A stretch of DNA of 64,000 nucleotides, from NCBI GenBank assembly GCA_963795805.1, contig CAWCIV010000002.1, positions 138,917 through 202,916 of the forward strand. The letters are read 5' to 3'. Origin of the DNA: an uncultured Chloroflexia bacterium (lineage in GTDB: Bacteria > Chloroflexota > Dormibacteria > CF-121). The position numbers and the translations under genes are program-made. This document shows positions 1-7,361 of the stretch, piece by piece (position 1 is the stretch's first letter; each line of letters starts with the position of its first letter). The notes under the pieces are model-generated. The model was not told the DNA's origin and ran no database searches. It worked only from the letters and a program-made list of their open reading frames with translations.

Positions 1-411
1 CGGCGCGCCAGTCGTCGAGCCCGGTCGTGGCCAGCTTCACGGATGCCGCCGGAGCCCAGGCCAAGGCGGCCGATTTCACCGCCACGCATCAACTGGGGTG
101 ACAACCAGCGTCAGCCGGGCACGGTGACGCAGACGGCCGCCGGCGCCTTCAACGTCAGCGGGACCCACACCTACGCCAGCGGCCGGCAATCGGACGCTGA
201 CGATCAGCGTCACGGACGAGGAAGGGCAGACGCTCTCGCATGACCGCGACCGCGACGGTCGGCGCGGCCCCGCCCGTACTGCCGTTGACCGGCCAGGCGA
301 AGACGCATCGCCCGTCTGTTCGTCGATGCTACTGCTGCCCTGGGCCTGGCGCTCGCTGACCTTACCGGGCGGTGTCGGCCGCGTCGTCCGCCGTCCGGAT
401 CAGCCGCCTAA
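1..411 (+). pseudogene. 3' end of a secreted/cell-surface repeat-domain protein (partial at window edge), readable only by hopping frames
   Basis: Frame-hopping translation gives PVVASFTDAAGAQAKAADFTAT / INWGDNQRQPGTVTQTAAGAFNVSGTHTYASG / GNRTLTISVTDEEGQTLS / MTATATVGAAPPVLPLTGQAKT / IARLFVDATAALGLALADLTGRCRPRRPP*. This is the WGD...HTY...tvTD module typical of large surface proteins, then an LPxTG-like motif. Junctions near 87, 184, 239 and 306 each need one base skipped. Stop TAA at 409-411 lies 10 nt before a hairpin. Confidence 0.3.
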
Positions 412-1444
412 CAGTCGCGCGGAAAGGCCACTCCCTTGCGGGAGTGGCCTTTCTTCTTAGCTCGAGCGTGCTCAGCACCTGTTGCAGGACGAAGCCCTCG
501 ACCGCGAGCCGAGCGTCCAGCTCGCCCAGCTTGATCTGCTCCTCGATCAGGAGCAACTGGTGGAACCCGCGGTCGAGCTCGGCAGCGGTGTAATCCGCCG
601 CATGGCGGAATGCCTTCTCGACGACAAAGGGATGATCGGTCAGGCGCGCCTGCAGGTCGGCCACACTGCCGCCGCGATCGCGGACCGCGCGCGCCTGCAT
701 CAGCCGGCGCCAGTGACTGACCAGCGTGTAGAGCAGCCAGGTGGGCTCACGCCCGGCGTCGAGCAGCGACTGTAAGACCCCGGCCACCTCACCGGGCCGG
801 CCGGTCGACAGCGCATCAGTCAGGGCAAAGATCTCTTCTTCCCGCGTGTCGCTGACGAGCGCGCGGACCGCCTCTTCGTCGATGCGGGTCGCCGGGGACG
901 AGTAGAGGGCAAGCTTGGCGATCTCCTGGTCGAGTAAGCGGAGATCCGGCTGCGCCCGTTCCAGCAGCAGGCGTACCGCCGCCGGCGTGATCGTGAGGCC
1001 GCGCTCCTCGGCGAGCTTGCGAACCCACCCGGCCCGGTCGGGGCGCCGGGGCGGTTCGAACTTCTGGATCCGGGCGCGTTTATCCCGTTCCATCACGCCG
1101 ATCGCCTTGAAGATGGCGTTGCCGGGCGCGATCGGCGCGTGCGCAATCAACACGAGGTGGGTCGAGTCGGTCACCAGGCTCAGGTAACCGGCGGCGCGCT
1201 CGGCGCCCGACCCCTTGTCGCGTTTCCCCGCCAGCAGGCCCCAGTCGCGCAGCACGAGCACCCGCACGGCATCGAGAAACGGCAGCGTCGAGGCTTTCTC
1301 TCCGAAGGCGTCCGCCGTGAGGGTGTCCGCCTGCAGATCTTCATAGTTGAATTCGAGTGTCAGGCCCGCCCGCAACGGGTCGAGCAGGCTGCGGGCCGCC
1401 CGATCAACGAGGTAGCCTTCCGCGCCGTGGATCAGCGTGATCAT
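362..1444 (-). CDS. holA: DNA polymerase III delta subunit
   Basis: 360-aa ORF with HolA-like layout (MITLIHGAEGYL..., LRLLDQEIAKLALY, EEIFALTDAL). ATGA overlap with upstream rpiB (1441-1444). The last ~35 codons read through a terminator-like hairpin, so the true 3' end may be shorter. Confidence 0.8.
   Translation of the reverse strand: MITLIHGAEGYLVDRAARSLLDPLRAGLTLEFNYEDLQADTLTADAFGEKASTLPFLDAVRVLVLRDWGLLAGKRDKGSGAERAAGYLSLVTDSTHLVLIAHAPIAPGNAIFKAIGVMERDKRARIQKFEPPRRPDRAGWVRKLAEERGLTITPAAVRLLLERAQPDLRLLDQEIAKLALYSSPATRIDEEAVRALVSDTREEEIFALTDALSTGRPGEVAGVLQSLLDAGREPTWLLYTLVSHWRRLMQARAVRDRGGSVADLQARLTDHPFVVEKAFRHAADYTAAELDRGFHQLLLIEEQIKLGELDARLAVEGFVLQQVLSTLELRRKATPAREWPFRATVRRLIRTADDAADTAR
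422..460. terminator. Rho-independent terminator-like hairpin between convergent genes
   Basis: Perfect 14-bp stem gaaaggccactccc (422-435) / gggagtggcctttc (440-453), loop ttgc, followed on the plus strand by ttcttag. It sits 10 nt after the plus-strand TAA (409-411). Confidence 0.5.
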
Positions 1445-1878
1445 CCTCGCGTCTCGATAGCCCGGAGCTTGCTGATGATCGGCTGCTCGGCGGGATCCGG
1501 CTGGGCCTCGAGCCAGGCATCACAGATCTCGCGCGCGACTGAGTCGGAGGTCGAGCGGAGGCTCATCACCAGCACGTTGGCATCGTTCCATTTGCGCGCG
1601 CCGCGGGCCGTCTCCGCATCGTGGCAGAGCGCCGCGCGGATGCCCGCGACTTTGTTGGCGGCGATCGAGACGCCGGTGCCTGTCCAGCAGAACAGCACGC
1701 CCTGGTCGACGATACCCGCTGCCACCCGTTCGCCGACCGCGCGGCCGACGTCGGCCCAATCCATCGCGTTGCCGCCCAGCGGTCCGAAGCGTTCGACCTC
1801 GATGCCTTTGTTCTGGAGGTACTCGGCGACGACGTCGGTCACGCGCGACCGTTCGTCAGTCCCAACGGCGATTTTCAC
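1441..1878 (-). CDS. rpiB: Ribose-5-phosphate isomerase B
   Basis: 145 aa. MKIAVGTDE..., CWTGTGVSIAANKVAGIRAAL and NVLVMSLR are characteristic RpiB/LacAB blocks. Confidence 0.9.
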   Translation of the reverse strand: MKIAVGTDERSRVTDVVAEYLQNKGIEVERFGPLGGNAMDWADVGRAVGERVAAGIVDQGVLFCWTGTGVSIAANKVAGIRAALCHDAETARGARKWNDANVLVMSLRSTSDSVAREICDAWLEAQPDPAEQPIISKLRAIETRG

Positions 1879-1917
1879 TGGAACAAATTGTAGGTCGGCT
1901 CGTCTAAGGTCTAAGCG

Positions 1918-2415
1918 ATGGCGACCCCACGGCGAGATTTCTGGCGCGTGGTCTCGGTCGCCCGCATGCAGATTCCAACCCGGGCGCTGCTGATCGCCGT
2001 CGTGGTCCTCGCGATGCTGCTGGCGGCCGCGCTCGTGGTGGAGGGCCGATCATCGGTGGTGCGCGACCTGCCGCCGGCCACGGCCTCGATTCCAGCGCAG
2101 GCCGTCGGCAACGGCCAGTATCGGTTCGTTCCGCACTCGGCGCACGTCACGCCCGGCGTGCGCTATCGCTTCCAGCTCTACACCCATTGCGGCCTGGACT
2201 ACCCGGTGGCGGTCGACTTCGACGGCAGCTACTGGGATCCGGCCGGGACGGCGTCAGACGGCAACGGCAATCCGCCGCCCGGTTATGGCAACCCCTTCGA
2301 CAACGGCATCATGACGCTGATCTCCCCCACCAGCGCCCGCTACCAGAGTCCGAACGGGATGGTGATGAATTTCACCCGGCATCCTGGATCGCGGATCAGC
2401 GGGCTTTGCGGTTAG
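1918..2415 (+). CDS. Hypothetical secreted/membrane-anchored protein
   Basis: 165-aa ORF. Hydrophobic anchor ALLIAVVVLAMLLAAALVV follows an alternative ATG at 1966. Codon third positions are G/C-rich. No recognisable family. Confidence 0.4.
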   Translation: MATPRRDFWRVVSVARMQIPTRALLIAVVVLAMLLAAALVVEGRSSVVRDLPPATASIPAQAVGNGQYRFVPHSAHVTPGVRYRFQLYTHCGLDYPVAVDFDGSYWDPAGTASDGNGNPPPGYGNPFDNGIMTLISPTSARYQSPNGMVMNFTRHPGSRISGLCG

Positions 2416-3425
2416 CCGCCAATCTGGCTCATCGTCTTGCCCGGCCGCACGAAATCAGCCTGGCCGATTTTGTGCCCCTCTTCTTTTTGCCAGACCGCGG
2501 CCCGAACGAACTCGCGAATCGCTTCGTCTGACGCACCGGCCCGCAGCAACGCCCTGACATCGTGTTCACGCAGGGAAAACAGGCACGTCCGCAGATGGCC
2601 TTCAGCGGTGAGACGGATCCGGTTGCAGACCTTGCAGAAGGCGTCGCTCACCGAAGGGATCACACCGATGCCGCCCGGCGCGCCGTCGCTGAAACGAAAC
2701 CGGTTTGCCGGAGCCGGCCGCTCGTTGGACACCGGCTCGATGGGAAACTCGCGATCGATGGTCTCGATGATCTCGCGACTCGCCACCACCGTCTCGGGCG
2801 TCCAGATCCCGTCGGCATCGAGCGGCATGAACTCGATGAATCGGACTTCGTAGCCGTCGCGCCGGGCCAGTCGCGCGAAATCGAGGACCTCGTCATCGTT
2901 CTGGCCTCGCATGACGACGACATTGAGCTTGATGCGGGTGAAGCCCGCCTCGCTCGCCGCACGAATCCCCGCCAGCACCCGGTCGAGCGCGTCGCGCCGC
3001 GCCAGATTACGAAACCGTTCCCGCTGGAGCGTGTCGAGGCTGATATTCAGCCGCGAGAGGCCCGCCTCCTTCAGCGCCTTCGCTTTCTCCTTGAGCAGGA
3101 TGCCGTTCGTCGTCATCGCGATGTCGAGCCCGTCATCGAGGGCCGCGATCATCCCGGTGAGGTCTTCGATGCCCTTGCGGACCAGCGGTTCGCCGCCGGT
3201 GAGGCGGATCGTCCTGACGCCGCAATCCCGGACGAGGATGCGTGTGACCCGGGTAATCTCCTCGAAGGACAGGACCTCGTCGCGCGCGATCCAGGGGAGA
3301 CCCGCCGCCGGCATGCAATAGATGCAGCGGAAGTTGCAGCGGTCCGTCACCGAGATCCGCAGGTCGTCGGCCACGCGCCCGAAGGTGTCCTTCAGCACGA
3401 CGGCAGGTTTGGTCAGCAGGGGCAT
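2412..3425 (-). CDS. moaA: GTP 3',8-cyclase (molybdenum cofactor biosynthesis protein A)
   Basis: Only the C-terminal 337 codons of the 669-aa ORF are MoaA-like, starting at MPLLTKPAVVLKD (ATG 3425-3423). Radical-SAM CNFRCIYC, GGEPLVR, and C-terminal CKVCNRIRLTAEGHLRTCLF. Confidence 0.9.
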   Translation of the reverse strand: MPLLTKPAVVLKDTFGRVADDLRISVTDRCNFRCIYCMPAAGLPWIARDEVLSFEEITRVTRILVRDCGVRTIRLTGGEPLVRKGIEDLTGMIAALDDGLDIAMTTNGILLKEKAKALKEAGLSRLNISLDTLQRERFRNLARRDALDRVLAGIRAASEAGFTRIKLNVVVMRGQNDDEVLDFARLARRDGYEVRFIEFMPLDADGIWTPETVVASREIIETIDREFPIEPVSNERPAPANRFRFSDGAPGGIGVIPSVSDAFCKVCNRIRLTAEGHLRTCLFSLREHDVRALLRAGASDEAIREFVRAAVWQKEEGHKIGQADFVRPGKTMSQIGG

Positions 3426-3443
3426 GAATTTAGTATATGGGTC
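3426..3443. promoter_or_regulatory. 18-bp divergent intergenic region with overlapping -10-like hexamers (candidate leaderless promoters for moaA and the ligase)
   Basis: Sequence gaatttagtatatgggtc. Plus strand has TAGTAT (3431-3436), 7 nt before ATG 3444. Minus strand has TATACT (3437-3432), 6 nt before ATG 3425. Candidate -35 boxes are TTGGTC (3409-3414, plus) and ATGACG (3460-3455, minus). No Shine-Dalgarno is possible for either gene. Confidence 0.35.
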
Positions 3444-4466
3444 ATGCCCCTGGGCGTCATGCCACCGTTCAGTCCCATGGAAGCGAAGGTCCAGTCGGAG
3501 CTTCCCAGGGGCGACCTCTGGCAATACGAGCCGAAGTGGGATGGCTTCCGCGCGGTCGCCTTCAGGGACGGCGACGAGGTGATCGTGCACAGCCGCAACC
3601 AGAAGGTCCTGACCCGCTACTTTCCTGAACTCGTCCCGGCGATTCAATCGATCAAGCCGAAACGCATCGTCCTCGACGGCGAGATCGTGGTCTTCACCGG
3701 GGCGGGCACGGATTTCGATGCGATGACGAACCGGATCCACCCGGCCGCGTCGCGCGTCAAGATGCTCTCCGAGACGCAGCCGGCCTCCTACATCGCGTTT
3801 GACCTGCTGGCCGACGGGGACGAGAGCCTGCTCGAGGTCCCCCTCCGGGAGCGCCGCCGCCGGCTCGAGAAGCTGCTGGGACCGCGCCCGGGGTCGATTT
3901 TTCTCAGCCCTGCGACGACCGATCGCGAGGTGGCGCTGAACTGGCTCAAGGAGTACCGCGGCACCGGGCTCGACGGCATCGTCGCCAAGCGGCTCGATGA
4001 TGTCTATCACCCGGACAAGCGGGCGATGATCAAGGTGAAGGAGCAGCGGACGGCGGACTGTGTCGTGGGAGGCTTCCGGTGGGGCAACGACGGCAAGCGG
4101 GTCGGCTCCCTGTTGCTCGGGGTCTATCGCGGCAAGACGCTGGAGTACATCGGGCATACGTCCGGCTTCGACGATGCGCAACGCCGTGAGCTGGTCCCGA
4201 TGCTGGAGCCGCTGCGGGGCGGGACCAGCTTCGAGGGCGGGCGTGCCCCCGGCGGCCCGAGCCGCTGGTCGGGGGACCGCGACCTGGGCTGGGAACCACT
4301 GCGACCGGAACTGGTCTGCGAGGTGGCCTTCGACCGGCTGGAGAACGATCGGTTTCGCCATGGGGTCGGCTTCGTCCGCTGGCGGCCGGACAAGCCGCCG
4401 AAGTCCTGCACCCTGGCGCAACTCAAGGCGGAGGCCGCCGCCGAGCTGAAGTCGCTATTCGCCTGA
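3444..4466 (+). CDS. ATP-dependent DNA ligase (stand-alone adenylation + OB-fold type)
   Basis: Only the C-terminal 340 codons of the 634-aa ORF are ligase-like, starting at MPLGVMPPFSPMEAK. Motif I is YEPKWDGFRAV (KxDG). Other conserved blocks include LDGEIVV, GLDGIVAKR and MIKVKEQRTADCVVGG. Alternative starts at 3459 or 3477. Confidence 0.85.
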   Translation: MPLGVMPPFSPMEAKVQSELPRGDLWQYEPKWDGFRAVAFRDGDEVIVHSRNQKVLTRYFPELVPAIQSIKPKRIVLDGEIVVFTGAGTDFDAMTNRIHPAASRVKMLSETQPASYIAFDLLADGDESLLEVPLRERRRRLEKLLGPRPGSIFLSPATTDREVALNWLKEYRGTGLDGIVAKRLDDVYHPDKRAMIKVKEQRTADCVVGGFRWGNDGKRVGSLLLGVYRGKTLEYIGHTSGFDDAQRRELVPMLEPLRGGTSFEGGRAPGGPSRWSGDRDLGWEPLRPELVCEVAFDRLENDRFRHGVGFVRWRPDKPPKSCTLAQLKAEAAAELKSLFA

Positions 4467-4506
4467 GGTCGGCGCCGGATTTCCTGACCGGGCTGCCGAC
4501 CCGCGC

Positions 4507-4725
4507 TTACGGCTTGGCCTCGCGCTCCTGCTTGGCCTCGCGCTCCTGCTTGGCCTCGTACTCGCCCGAGACCTCTCGGTCGAGCTCCGTCAGGACGCCC
4601 TTGGCCTTCTGGGGTAGCGGCTTGTCCTCGGTGTCGTTCGCCACTTTCTCTGTCAGATCCTCCGGCTCGAGCGGCGGGTCGGGCGTGGGGCCGCCGGCGA
4701 TCGACGACGCTTCAGGCTCAGCCAT
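4507..4725 (-). CDS. Small acidic protein with tandem EAKQER repeat
   Basis: 72 codons starting MAEPEASS. A strong Shine-Dalgarno (AGGAGGAG) lies 5 nt upstream of the ATG on the minus strand. The rest of the 315-aa ORF upstream is antisense shadow of the CBS gene. Confidence 0.55.
   Translation of the reverse strand: MAEPEASSIAGGPTPDPPLEPEDLTEKVANDTEDKPLPQKAKGVLTELDREVSGEYEAKQEREAKQEREAKP
4513..4558. repeat. 18-bp perfect tandem repeat, about 2.5 copies
   Basis: cttggcctcgcgctcctg occurs at 4513-4530 and 4531-4548, then cttggcctcg at 4549-4558. It encodes EAKQER-EAKQER-EAK at the C-terminus of the small acidic protein. Confidence 0.9.
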
Positions 4726-4797
4726 ATCAATCTCCTCCTGGGTACTTGTTAGCGCAAATATCAATTTATAGTATACTCGAGGACTTACAAATAATCC

Positions 4798-5238
4798 TTG
4801 AAGCAGTTCCAGGAGGTGGAGCACGTGAAGGTAAGGGACGCGATGGCCAAAACCATCGTCTCGGGGTCGAAGGGCGACCGACTGATCGACGTCGCTCGCA
4901 AGATGAAGGACCAGGACGCCGGGTTCCTTCCGATCGTCGAGGGTAGCAAGCTCATCGGCGTGGTGACGGACCGGGATATCGTGGTTCGCTGTGTCGCGGA
5001 AGGCCACGACCTGCGCAACGAGACCGCGGAGCACGTGATGAGCAAGGGCGTGACCACCGTCGCGCCGGACGATGACCTGGCGGAAGCCGGGCGCAAGATG
5101 GAGAACGAGGAGATCCGCCGGCTGGCCGTGGTCGAAAAAGGCTCGCTGGTCGGCGTTCTCAGCCACGGAAATATCGTGCAAGCCGGCAGCGATCGGCTTG
5201 GCGAGCAAGTAAGCAAGGGGGTCACCAAGGGTGCCTAA
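4798..5238 (+). CDS. CBS domain-pair protein
   Basis: VRDAM...LIDVARKM...GFLPIVEGSKLIGVVTDRDIV and VMSKGVTTVAPDDDLAEAGRKM...RRLAVVEKGSLVGVLSHGNI form two CBS motifs. The likely true start is GTG 4825, preceded by GGAGGTGGAG. Confidence 0.8.
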   Translation: MKQFQEVEHVKVRDAMAKTIVSGSKGDRLIDVARKMKDQDAGFLPIVEGSKLIGVVTDRDIVVRCVAEGHDLRNETAEHVMSKGVTTVAPDDDLAEAGRKMENEEIRRLAVVEKGSLVGVLSHGNIVQAGSDRLGEQVSKGVTKGA

Positions 5239-5899
5239 AGTACAAACGCCTGAAATCAAGATGCCGGACGTCAAGCTGCCGACCGTCAAATTGCCGGACA
5301 AGATCGCGGATGTGAAGATCCCAGACCTGAAGCTGGGCGACCTGAAACTCCCGCGTCTCTCGTTCGAGTCGAGCAACGCGATCAAGCAGGCGAAGAAGCG
5401 CCTGCCCGGGCAGCAAAACCGGCCGAGCCTCGTGTCGATCGTCGCCGGGGCCATCGCCGGTGCGGCGCTCTTCTACTTCCTCGATCCGGAGCGTGGCGCG
5501 ACACGCCGTGCGCAGGCGGCGTCCCAGATCTCGGCGACGGTTCGCCGCCTCGGCGGCAACCTGAGCCAGATCGGAAACCGCGCCAGCTCCAATGCCAACG
5601 GCTTCTCGCAAAAGATGATCCACCTCCGGTCGGGGAGCACGCCCGTCGACGACCTGACGCTTCGCGACCGAGTCGAGAGCGAGATCTTCCGCGACTCGAG
5701 CCTGCCCAAGGGCCGGCTGAACCTGGATGTCGAATCCGGGGTCGTCACGATTCGCGGCCAGGTGGACAACGCCTATGAGATCGCCTCGATTGAGAAGGCG
5801 GTGCTCAAGGTCCGCGGCGTGAACGGAGTCGAGAACCTCTTGCATGTCCAGGGCTCGCCGGCACCCAACAAGGTGGAGGCGCGCGAAACGGTTCGGTAA
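5231..5899 (+). CDS. BON domain protein with N-terminal K-x-P repeats and a membrane segment
   Basis: C-terminal LTLRDRVESEIFRDSSLPKGRLNLDVESGVVTIRGQVDNAYEIASIEKAVLKVRGVNGVENLL is a BON (OsmY-like) domain. Mid-protein hydrophobic IVAGAIAGAALFYF. 8-nt overlap with the CBS gene. Confidence 0.75.
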   Translation: MPKVQTPEIKMPDVKLPTVKLPDKIADVKIPDLKLGDLKLPRLSFESSNAIKQAKKRLPGQQNRPSLVSIVAGAIAGAALFYFLDPERGATRRAQAASQISATVRRLGGNLSQIGNRASSNANGFSQKMIHLRSGSTPVDDLTLRDRVESEIFRDSSLPKGRLNLDVESGVVTIRGQVDNAYEIASIEKAVLKVRGVNGVENLLHVQGSPAPNKVEARETVR

Positions 5900-5923
5900 G
5901 TTCGAATTCGTCGACCTGTGGGA

Positions 5924-5955
5924 CGCGGCCGGAGCGATCCGGCCGCGTTTCTTGT
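5924..5955 (+). terminator. Rho-independent terminator after the BON gene
   Basis: 9-bp GC stem cgcggccgg (5924-5932) / ccggccgcg (5939-5947), loop agcgat, then tttcttgtg. It starts 25 nt after the stop at 5897-5899. Confidence 0.55.
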
Positions 5956-6117
5956 GCCCGCACGAGCCAGTCGGGAAGGGCACCCGGGAACAGGCCGCAC
6001 CGAGTGGCTGGCGTAACTGCCTGTTGCATTAATTAGAGACTTCTTATAGGCTGACCCGTGGGAAAGTCGGGTTGATGTTTCGAGCGCCTGAATCGGGCGC
6101 TCACGAGGAGGCAATCG

Positions 6118-7299
6118 ATGGGGATCAGGAAAAGGTCCGTCTTTGGCGTGGTGGCCCTGGCGGTGGGGGCGCTCTTGCCCAGCCCCGCGCTGGCGCAGGC
6201 GGCCCCGGCGCCGGTGCCGGTGGCTTCGGGCTTCGACAGCCCACGCGGCGTGGCGTTCTTCCACGGAAAGCTGGTGGTCGGCGAGGCCGGCACCGGCGGA
6301 CCACGCTGTATTCCGGCATCGGAGTCGAACCCACTCACCTGCTTCGGCCGTACCAGCCGGATCTCGTGGGTCAACACCACGACGGGGTCGCACACTCCCC
6401 TCGTCGATCATCTCTTTTCGGTGGCCGAGTTCCACGCGCCGGGACAGCCGCCTGACACCCTGGGCGTGAGCGGGCTCTCGGCGCGGGGAGGGACGCTCCT
6501 GGCGATCATGGGCGTGTTCCCGCAGGCCTTCGCGAACTACCAGTGTGCGGAGGAGGATTCGGCCTGCGAGGCGGATCTGGCGGCCGCACGGCAGCAGGCC
6601 GGCGCCCTCCTGGCCGTGAAGGGCAACGGCTCCTGGCGCAAGGTGGCCGGCGTCGGCGCCTATGACTACAACTACACCGCGAATATCCCTGGACAGGAGC
6701 ACGACGCGAATCCATATGGCGTGCTGGCCGCCAACGGCGGCGCGTATGTCGCGGACGCGGGGTCGAACACACTCGACTTCGTCAGCAATGGCGGACGGAT
6801 CACCATCCTTCATTACTTCCCACAGCGCTACGCCGGTTTTCCGAGCGACGAAGTGCCCACCTGCGTCGTCAAGAGCGGCGAGAGCCTCTGGGTCGCCACC
6901 CTGGCGGGCAACCTGTTTTTTGTGCATGGGCGCTCAGCAACCCAGGTCGCCAACCCGATGCTCAAGCACGTTACCGGCTGCACGACCGACGGCGAAAACG
7001 TGTACTTCGTGAACATGTGGACCACGCCCGATTTTCCCCAGCCGTTCACGGGCGACATCGTGCAGTTCAACCCGGAGAATCACACGTCCTCGGTGATCGC
7101 CGCGGGGCTCAATTTCCCCAACATGGACACGGTTGGGCCTGACGGCAACCTGTATTTCAGCGCCGACAGCGTCTGTCCGCACGGCGGCATTGCAAACTTC
7201 TGCCCGAACGGCGGGACCGTCTGGAAGCTGGCGCTGGCGCACGACGGCGACGAACATGGTGACGGCGGCGGCGGCGGCGACAACAACCAGAACAACTGA
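6118..7299 (+). CDS. Secreted beta-propeller-like protein, ScyD/ScyE-family-like
   Basis: Signal peptide MGIRKRSVFGVVALAVGALLPSPALAQA. GFDSPRGVAF...VGEAGTGGPRC...CFGRTSRIS resembles the ScyD/ScyE family N-terminus. GAGGAGG Shine-Dalgarno upstream. G/D/N-rich tail GDEHGDGGGGGDNNQNN. Confidence 0.55.
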   Translation: MGIRKRSVFGVVALAVGALLPSPALAQAAPAPVPVASGFDSPRGVAFFHGKLVVGEAGTGGPRCIPASESNPLTCFGRTSRISWVNTTTGSHTPLVDHLFSVAEFHAPGQPPDTLGVSGLSARGGTLLAIMGVFPQAFANYQCAEEDSACEADLAAARQQAGALLAVKGNGSWRKVAGVGAYDYNYTANIPGQEHDANPYGVLAANGGAYVADAGSNTLDFVSNGGRITILHYFPQRYAGFPSDEVPTCVVKSGESLWVATLAGNLFFVHGRSATQVANPMLKHVTGCTTDGENVYFVNMWTTPDFPQPFTGDIVQFNPENHTSSVIAAGLNFPNMDTVGPDGNLYFSADSVCPHGGIANFCPNGGTVWKLALAHDGDEHGDGGGGGDNNQNN

Positions 7300-7329
7300 T
7301 CAGCCGGTAACGAGAACACACGGAGAGCG

Positions 7330-7359
7330 GCGGCGGCCGGGCATAGGTCCGGTCGCCGC
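7330..7359. terminator. GC-rich hairpin between convergent genes (possible bidirectional terminator)
   Basis: 11-bp stem gcggcggccgg (7330-7340) / ccggtcgccgc (7349-7359) with one G-U pair. It lies 3 nt downstream of the comEC stop and 31 nt after the plus-strand stop. No clear U-tract. Confidence 0.35.
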
Positions 7360-7361
7360 AT

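Noticed and set aside
2562-3443. N-terminal 294 codons of the 634-aa plus-strand ORF
   Set aside because: Arg/Asp/His-rich, with no family resemblance. It is exactly antisense to moaA. Ligase homology begins only at 3444. This is a typical high-GC shadow frame.
3426-4421. Upstream two-thirds of the 669-aa minus-strand ORF
   Set aside because: Antisense to the DNA ligase and low-complexity. MoaA homology and a proper Met begin at 3425.
4513-4558. Tandem repeat as a possible CRISPR or minisatellite locus
   Set aside because: There are only 2.5 identical 18-bp units with no spacers, lying in frame inside a coding tail. No cas genes are present in the window.
4726-5454. Upstream part of the 315-aa minus-strand ORF
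   Set aside because: Antisense to the CBS and BON genes. Only the last 72 codons have a Shine-Dalgarno and coding-like composition.
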